NCBI GenBank assembly: GCA_964392315.1
Contig: CAYMOT010000001.1
Location: forward strand, 285,498 to 349,497
Direction: 5' to 3'
Origin: an uncultured Candidatus Saccharibacteria bacterium
GTDB lineage: Bacteria; Patescibacteriota; 4484-211; JAGQKX01
DNA length: 64,000 nucleotides
Part shown: piece by piece, positions 59,284 through 64,000 of the stretch
How positions within the stretch are numbered: the first letter of the stretch is position 1
Layout of the letters: every line of letters starts with the position of its first letter
Made by a program: the position numbers and the translations under genes
Notes under the pieces: generated by a model
What the model was told of the DNA's origin: nothing
The model's database searches: none
Seen by the model: the letters and a program-made list of their open reading frames with translations, nothing else

Positions 59284-60300
59284 ATGTTGTCCGATCCGAT
59301 TAAAAATACCATACGAACCACATTGACTGTTTGCGCAGTCGCGGTAGGACTCCTTTTACTCTATCAGCTAAGAGATATTGTAATCCTTCTTTTTATTGCT
59401 TTTATTATCGCTTCGGCGTTTCGGCCTATTGTTCTAAGATTAGATACTTTTAATGCACCTAAGTGGGTGAATATTCTTGCGGTGTACGTAGTTTTTTTCT
59501 GCCTTATCGTGCTTATTCTGGGAGGATTAATACCGTTGGTCTTGGAGCAGGTGCGTATTTTTATCCAAGGGTTACCAGCTATTCTAGCCGAATTTACGCA
59601 ATTATTGCCCCTGCAGGAAATTGCTGGTGCCATTGACCTCCGAGCAGTGGTTTCAGATCTTTTCCAATCCTTTTCAGCTGAATTAATTACCACACCTTCA
59701 AATGTTTTTAATGTAATTGCAGATGCCTTTAGTAGTTTATTTACCATTTTTATGGTGATTATGTTCTCGTATTACTTACTTCTTGAGCATGATAGGATAA
59801 AAAATAAATTTTTAGTTCTGCTTTCCAAAAAGGATCGAGATATTGCGATTGACATAATTAATCGTGCGGAGGAAAAGTTAGGAGCATGGCTCCGTGGACA
59901 GGTTGTTGTGATGCTTCTAATCGGTTTGCTGACATTTATAGGGTTACTTATATTACGTGTAAATTTCGCGTTACCCCTTGCGATTATCGCCGGTCTTTTA
60001 GAAATCATTCCGTTATTTGGTCCGGTTGTGGGGATGGTACCGGCATTGATCGTGGCAGTTACCCAATCACCTTGGCACGCTCTTGGTGTCTTTGTTTTGT
60101 ATATCTTGGTGCAGCAGATTGGTGGTGTTGCAATAACGCCTAAAGTGATGAATAAGGCGGTGGGTGTTGATCCGCTTATCATCATACTGTCAATTATGGT
60201 AGGGGGAAGATTAGCAGGCACGGCAGGTGTGTTGCTTGCGATACCAGTTGCGGCAGTACTTTCAATATTGCTAGAAGAGTTACACACAAGAAAGACCTAA
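59284..60300 (+). CDS. AI-2E family transporter (PerM/UPF0118)
   Basis: It has 7-8 TM helices and a conserved C-terminal block (IPLFGPVVGMVPALIVAV ... IGGVAITPKVM). Confidence 0.7.
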   Translation: MLSDPIKNTIRTTLTVCAVAVGLLLLYQLRDIVILLFIAFIIASAFRPIVLRLDTFNAPKWVNILAVYVVFFCLIVLILGGLIPLVLEQVRIFIQGLPAILAEFTQLLPLQEIAGAIDLRAVVSDLFQSFSAELITTPSNVFNVIADAFSSLFTIFMVIMFSYYLLLEHDRIKNKFLVLLSKKDRDIAIDIINRAEEKLGAWLRGQVVVMLLIGLLTFIGLLILRVNFALPLAIIAGLLEIIPLFGPVVGMVPALIVAVTQSPWHALGVFVLYILVQQIGGVAITPKVMNKAVGVDPLIIILSIMVGGRLAGTAGVLLAIPVAAVLSILLEELHTRKT

Positions 60301-60302
60301 TT

Positions 60303-61130
60303 TCACGATCGAACATCAAAACGATAAACTTTTTTCTCCGGCTCGGCCTGGATCCTGACATCGTTGGAGCTCGCCTTTGTCATCAATAGTTGTTTTTCCA
60401 ATTGTTGTAATTCTTTTTTATTTTTCATCATTTGGTGCAATAGCAGAACAAACAGTACAAGCAATATACCTAATAGTATCACTATTCCCCATATACTCGA
60501 CTGAAGCATTGTGAGTGCAGCAGGAATGGGGGTTGGCGTTACGACTGTGTGTTGGGTTGTTGCTTCTCCGAGCGTGTTTCCCGTTTGTTGTTGATACACC
60601 ACCGGAGGGACAATATACAACGGTTGTTGGTACACCGGTTGATAATAGGGTGGTGTTTGTTGAGTATACGTGTTTTGAGGATATGTCTGAGCATATGGAT
60701 TCACGTAGGGAGTTGGTGTTGGAGTCATGGTTAATTGTCCAAATGTTCCGAGGTCATCTTCAAACGTAAAAGAGAGAGTAGAAAACCGTTGAACATCACT
60801 GGTCACGGACTCACCGCTTTCAGTAGTGGATGTTACCTTAAAAAGGTATGTGGTAGCAGGGCGTAATTTTGTCACGGTAATCGCATGATAGGTATTATAT
60901 TCGATGCTTGCGGGGGATTTGAGCGCATCTGCGGAACTTTCTCCATAACTTATTTGGCTATTTGTAGGGACATCTGTGCGCCATGCAATTGTTACAGAGG
61001 TGTATCCGATATTCCTTATTTCGGTGTTTGTAATCACCGGTTGCGCAAATACGCTTTTTGTATCCAGGAGCGCAAGGAATGCGAGCGTTAGGCTGAAGAG
61101 GAGGATTCTTTGCAGGGACAGTTTGTGCAT
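60303..61130 (-). CDS. Secreted/membrane protein: signal peptide, FN3-like domain, Tyr/Gln/Pro-rich low-complexity segment and a C-terminal TM helix
   Basis: The signal peptide reads MHKLSLQRILLFSLTLAFLALL and the FN3-like block reads YTSVTIAWRTDVPTNSQISYG ... TTYLFKVTS. The low-complexity segment reads PYAQTYPQNTYTQQTPPYYQPVYQQPLY. A TM helix (IWGIVILLGILLVLFVLLL) is followed by a charged tail. Confidence 0.4.
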   Translation of the reverse strand: MHKLSLQRILLFSLTLAFLALLDTKSVFAQPVITNTEIRNIGYTSVTIAWRTDVPTNSQISYGESSADALKSPASIEYNTYHAITVTKLRPATTYLFKVTSTTESGESVTSDVQRFSTLSFTFEDDLGTFGQLTMTPTPTPYVNPYAQTYPQNTYTQQTPPYYQPVYQQPLYIVPPVVYQQQTGNTLGEATTQHTVVTPTPIPAALTMLQSSIWGIVILLGILLVLFVLLLHQMMKNKKELQQLEKQLLMTKASSNDVRIQAEPEKKVYRFDVRS

Positions 61131-61196
61131 AGTTATCTTAAATTATATCCTACAGGGATATTTTGTATAGTGCAATTCTAGCTGTTATTACGCCAA

Positions 61197-61205
61197 ATGA
61201 TATAA
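61197..61205 (+). promoter_or_regulatory. Extended -10 element TGaTATAAT, 7 nt upstream of the RNase P RNA 5' end
   Basis: tgatataat spans 61197-61205, and the predicted RNA 5' end (the P1 helix) starts near 61213. Confidence 0.4.
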
Positions 61206-61212
61206 TTAGCAT

Positions 61213-61545
61213 ACTGGGAGAAAGGATGGCTGCCTCTGACGTAAGTTGGGGGAGGAAAGTCCAGACTACATAGAGCAAGGGGTTGGGGTGTAAGCCCTGA
61301 GCGGTAACGCCTGGTGGTCTATGAGCGAAAGCAATTAGACACAGAACATGAAATGACATGCTCTGAGACCCACAGTGACGAACTTTGGCTGTCTCCTGTT
61401 TCAGGAATGCCAAAGCAGTGAAACGTTGGGAATCCCACCCGTAGCAACTTCCGAACGTCACGTACGCTGCTCGCGGAGTGACAAAGTCGAAGGCATAGAT
61501 AGATGGCCATCGTAAAACAGAATCTGGCTTACTCTTCTCCCAGTG
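61213..61545 (+). ncRNA. rnpB: RNase P RNA, bacterial type A
   Basis: P1 pairs CTGGGAGAA at the 5' end with TTCTCCCAG at the 3' end. The P4 strands read GGAAAGTCC and ACAGAATCTGGCTTA. GGTAACGCCTGG and GCAAT ... ACAGAACAT elements are present. The ends are approximate to about 5 nt. Confidence 0.8.
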
Positions 61546-61649
61546 AGGACTATAACCAAAAACACCTAAATAAATCTAAATAAGCCTGTTACGTATAGGA
61601 CGCTTTAGTAAATTTGTAATACGTATATATTACCTGATATACTGAATAA

Positions 61650-63191
61650 GTGTTAGCGAGAGTCAACTCAGGTGCGGTTCTTGGCCTCGATGGGATATTG
61701 GTTCAGGTGGAGGTCGATATCGTGAAAAAAGGCTTTCCTGGTTTTGCAATTGTTGGACTTCCCGGTAAAGCGGTTGAAGAGGCAAAGGAGAGAGTCAAAT
61801 CCGCACTTATAAATTCAAGTGCACAATTTCCTAAATACAAAATAACGGTGAATCTTGCACCAGCAGATTTGCGTAAACAAGGGCCTGCGTATGATCTTCC
61901 CATAGCATTAGGTATATTGCTTGCGGATGAGCAGTGCACGATGAGCAGGTATATAGAAGAATCATTATGGCTTGGGGAATTATCTCTTGATGGAAGCATA
62001 CGGCCGACCTCTGGTGTTTTGCCTATGGCGCTTCTTGCAAAAGAAAAGGGTTTTAAACGCATTTTTGTACCTCAGCATAATGCCCAAGAGGCTGCGGTGG
62101 TACGGGGGATAGAGGTGATTCCGCTGAATTCCTTAACGCAGGTGCACGCATTCCTATCGCAGGAACAGCCTGAGCTGGTGCCAGAGGTTTTTGACACATC
62201 AATTTTTACAAAATATACGGATAAGACATCTACATATGACTTTAAGCATATTTATGGGCAAGAAAATGCAAAGCGAGCATTAGAGATAGCAGCGGCGGGA
62301 GGACATAACGTTATTATGATAGGACCACCTGGTTCGGGGAAGACGCTCTTGGCACGTGCGTTTTCGATGATTATTCCTCCACTCAGTGAGCGAGAAACGT
62401 TGGAGGTAACAAAGATCTATTCAATTGCTGGTCGCTTAGATACCAACAGGCCGTTAATTGTGGAACGGCCATTTCGTGCTCCTCACCATACAATTTCACG
62501 GGTAGGGCTTGTTGGTGGTGGACATTCATTACAACCGGGAGAAATTTCGTTAGCACATCGAGGCGTTCTGTTCTTGGACGAATTTCCGGAATTTCCGCGG
62601 AGTGTACTAGAATCCCTGCGTCAGCCGTTGGAGGATGGATGGGTGCACATTAGTCGCGCACACGGATCAGTAATGTACCCCTCTAAATGTACCCTTATTG
62701 CGGCTGCAAATCCTTGCCCGTGTGGATTTAGGGGTAGTTCAGTACGACAGTGTACCTGTTCTGAATTTCATGTACAGAAGTATCAAAAGAGAGTAAGTGG
62801 TCCCATCTTAGACCGAATCGATTTGCACATATCTGTTCCCATGGTTGAAATTGATAAGATCATTTCCGGGCATAGAGAAACTGGAGCTGAGGAGTCAAGT
62901 GCTGTCCGCTATCGCGTTACGCAAGCACGGAATATACAGCAAAAACGTTTTGATACTACAGACATATTCATAAATGCAGAAATGGATGCACAGCAGATGA
63001 AAGAATTTTGCAAAGTACGCCCAGAAGGTGAATATATCCTTAAGCGTGCAATTGGCTCGATGGGTCTTTCTGTACGTGGTGTACATAAGGTATTGAAAGT
63101 CGCGAGAACAATAGCTGATCTTTCTGGGAGTATTGAAATTGAAGTTGAGCACCTTGTGGAGGCATTAAATTATCGATTTACGCTCCATTGA
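61650..63191 (+). CDS. comM: YifB/ComM-family Mg-chelatase-like AAA+ ATPase
   Basis: The N-terminal ChlI-like domain begins LARVNSGAVLGLDGILVQVEVD. It has Walker A IGPPGSGKT, Walker B VLFLDEFPEF and a C-terminal Mg_chelatase_C-like region. The start is a GTG at 61650. Confidence 0.85.
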   Translation: MLARVNSGAVLGLDGILVQVEVDIVKKGFPGFAIVGLPGKAVEEAKERVKSALINSSAQFPKYKITVNLAPADLRKQGPAYDLPIALGILLADEQCTMSRYIEESLWLGELSLDGSIRPTSGVLPMALLAKEKGFKRIFVPQHNAQEAAVVRGIEVIPLNSLTQVHAFLSQEQPELVPEVFDTSIFTKYTDKTSTYDFKHIYGQENAKRALEIAAAGGHNVIMIGPPGSGKTLLARAFSMIIPPLSERETLEVTKIYSIAGRLDTNRPLIVERPFRAPHHTISRVGLVGGGHSLQPGEISLAHRGVLFLDEFPEFPRSVLESLRQPLEDGWVHISRAHGSVMYPSKCTLIAAANPCPCGFRGSSVRQCTCSEFHVQKYQKRVSGPILDRIDLHISVPMVEIDKIISGHRETGAEESSAVRYRVTQARNIQQKRFDTTDIFINAEMDAQQMKEFCKVRPEGEYILKRAIGSMGLSVRGVHKVLKVARTIADLSGSIEIEVEHLVEALNYRFTLH

Positions 63192-63205
63192 CGCCTTGCT
63201 GAATA

Positions 63206-63784
63206 TTGGTGTACTCTGTAAATACCATGGATGAAGTCTCTTCTTTGAGTACAGGCATCAACCTTGTCCCGCAAAAAACAAAAAAACCGCAACAAGTGCG
63301 CCATGCCATTGTTGTAGCCGTTTCTGTAACGAGATATATTCTTTTGGGATTAGGAGGAGTATGTCTTATCCTTCTTGGTTATCAATCGATATTGTCTAAG
63401 CAATTGGCTGGAAAAGTCCAAGCCATGAACCAAGATATTGTGTATATCAAAGCGCAAGACGAATTTCAGCAAGATTTTCAGCAATTGCAAACATACATGC
63501 AGGAACTTGGCACTACCCATGCACAACTTGATGTCCAAGCAAATACGTTTGCGTTGTTAGAGCAGATAACGCCACAAGTTATCACGCTAACAAACTTAAC
63601 CTTTGACTTAGGTGAGGTTCGGATTGCGGCAACAACGACCGAATACCCAGCTATAGCGGACTATTTTGTTCAGCTTTCCCAGTCTGATATTTTCGAGAAT
63701 GTTGAGATTGTAAATATTGCTCGGCCTGATGAGGAAGATGGGGAGGCACCCATTCAATTTACTATTTCTGCTGATAGAAGATAA
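63206..63784 (+). CDS. PilN-like type IV pilus/competence assembly protein
   Basis: An N-terminal INLVP motif (the PilN INLLP signature) is followed by a single TM helix (ILLGLGGVCLILLGY) and a coiled-coil periplasmic part. Confidence 0.5.
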   Translation: MVYSVNTMDEVSSLSTGINLVPQKTKKPQQVRHAIVVAVSVTRYILLGLGGVCLILLGYQSILSKQLAGKVQAMNQDIVYIKAQDEFQQDFQQLQTYMQELGTTHAQLDVQANTFALLEQITPQVITLTNLTFDLGEVRIAATTTEYPAIADYFVQLSQSDIFENVEIVNIARPDEEDGEAPIQFTISADRR

Positions 63785-63793
63785 GGTATATCT

Positions 63794-64000
63794 ATGAAAT
63801 TGTCACGTAAAAAGCAATTCCAAGAGTTTGTCCATGATCCAACAAATCTTCGGACAATTGAACTTGTAGTAGTTAGTATACTAATACTCCTCATTACTGT
63901 AGTCGTTGGGGTACCTACTATATCAGATATCATGCAATTACGAGATGATTTGAAGCAAGCGAATGTTCTTCAGGCAGGCCTTTCCCAGAAACGTACAAAC
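63794..64000 (+). CDS. PilO-like protein, N-terminal part only; the 3' end lies outside the window
   Basis: ATG 63794 begins MKLSRKKQFQEF ... a TM helix (LVVVSILILLITVVVGV) then a coiled coil. It sits downstream of the pilN-like gene. Confidence 0.35.
   Translation, partial: MKLSRKKQFQEFVHDPTNLRTIELVVVSILILLITVVVGVPTISDIMQLRDDLKQANVLQAGLSQKRTN

Noticed and set aside
61150-61510. Two minus-strand ORFs of 103 and 63 aa
   Set aside because: They lie inside the RNase P RNA gene on the opposite strand. They are low-complexity translations of a structured RNA.
1-64000. A search for mobile elements, integrases, toxin-antitoxin pairs, restriction-modification systems or Cas genes
   Set aside because: No transposase, integrase, DDE/HNH, methylase-endonuclease pair or Cas signatures were found. 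The two stand-alone methyltransferases lack adjacent nucleases with restriction-modification motifs.

Overview
This window is a dense, mostly plus-strand block of core housekeeping genes from what looks like a small-genome bacterium. I infer a reduced Gram-positive-like or Patescibacteria/CPR-like lineage from four things read in the sequence: no L30 gene between rpsE and rplO, a zinc-type S14, an alanyl-tRNA synthetase lacking the C-Ala domain, and an RNase Y / YmdB / HU set. No CRISPR array, transposase, integrase or restriction-modification genes were seen.

Gene order:
- ftsK (3' part, cut by the window edge), a rodZ-like gene and a ytxG/ytxH-like pair.
- An HD phosphohydrolase, an EamA transporter, a methyltransferase-Nudix fusion, tRNA-Cys and a PII/CutA-like small gene.
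- alaS, an ftsA-like gene plus a 497-aa membrane protein, then ruvX and mltG.
- rpoB, rpoC, rpsL, rpsG, fusA, tuf and rpsJ.
- An atypical ~3.6 kb insert (ABC-F ATPase, PT-rich secreted protein, unknown minus-strand ORF, terminator), then the rplC-to-rpsI ribosomal superoperon with secY, map, infA, rpmJ and rpoA.
- A prsW-like protease, truB, a uvrD-like helicase with an endonuclease Q-like PHP protein, and a methyltransferase with an FNR-like oxidoreductase.
- A receiver / histidine kinase / receiver module, a YibE/F-like membrane protein, a Nudix gene and tRNA-Pro.
- recA, recX, rny, ymdB, hup, miaA, an AI-2E transporter, a secreted Tyr/Gln/Pro-rich protein, RNase P RNA, comM and pilN/pilO-like genes.

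The most interesting points:
- rpsJ is separated from rplC by the insert.
- Several genes carry a -10 box only 6-11 nt from the start codon, including a palindromic ATTATAAT shared by two divergent genes, which suggests leaderless transcripts.
- An EndoQ-like nuclease sits next to a UvrD-like helicase.
- A methyltransferase is fused to a Nudix domain.
- A histidine kinase is flanked by two receiver-only proteins.

All family assignments rest on motifs read directly from the ORF translations; no database search was run.
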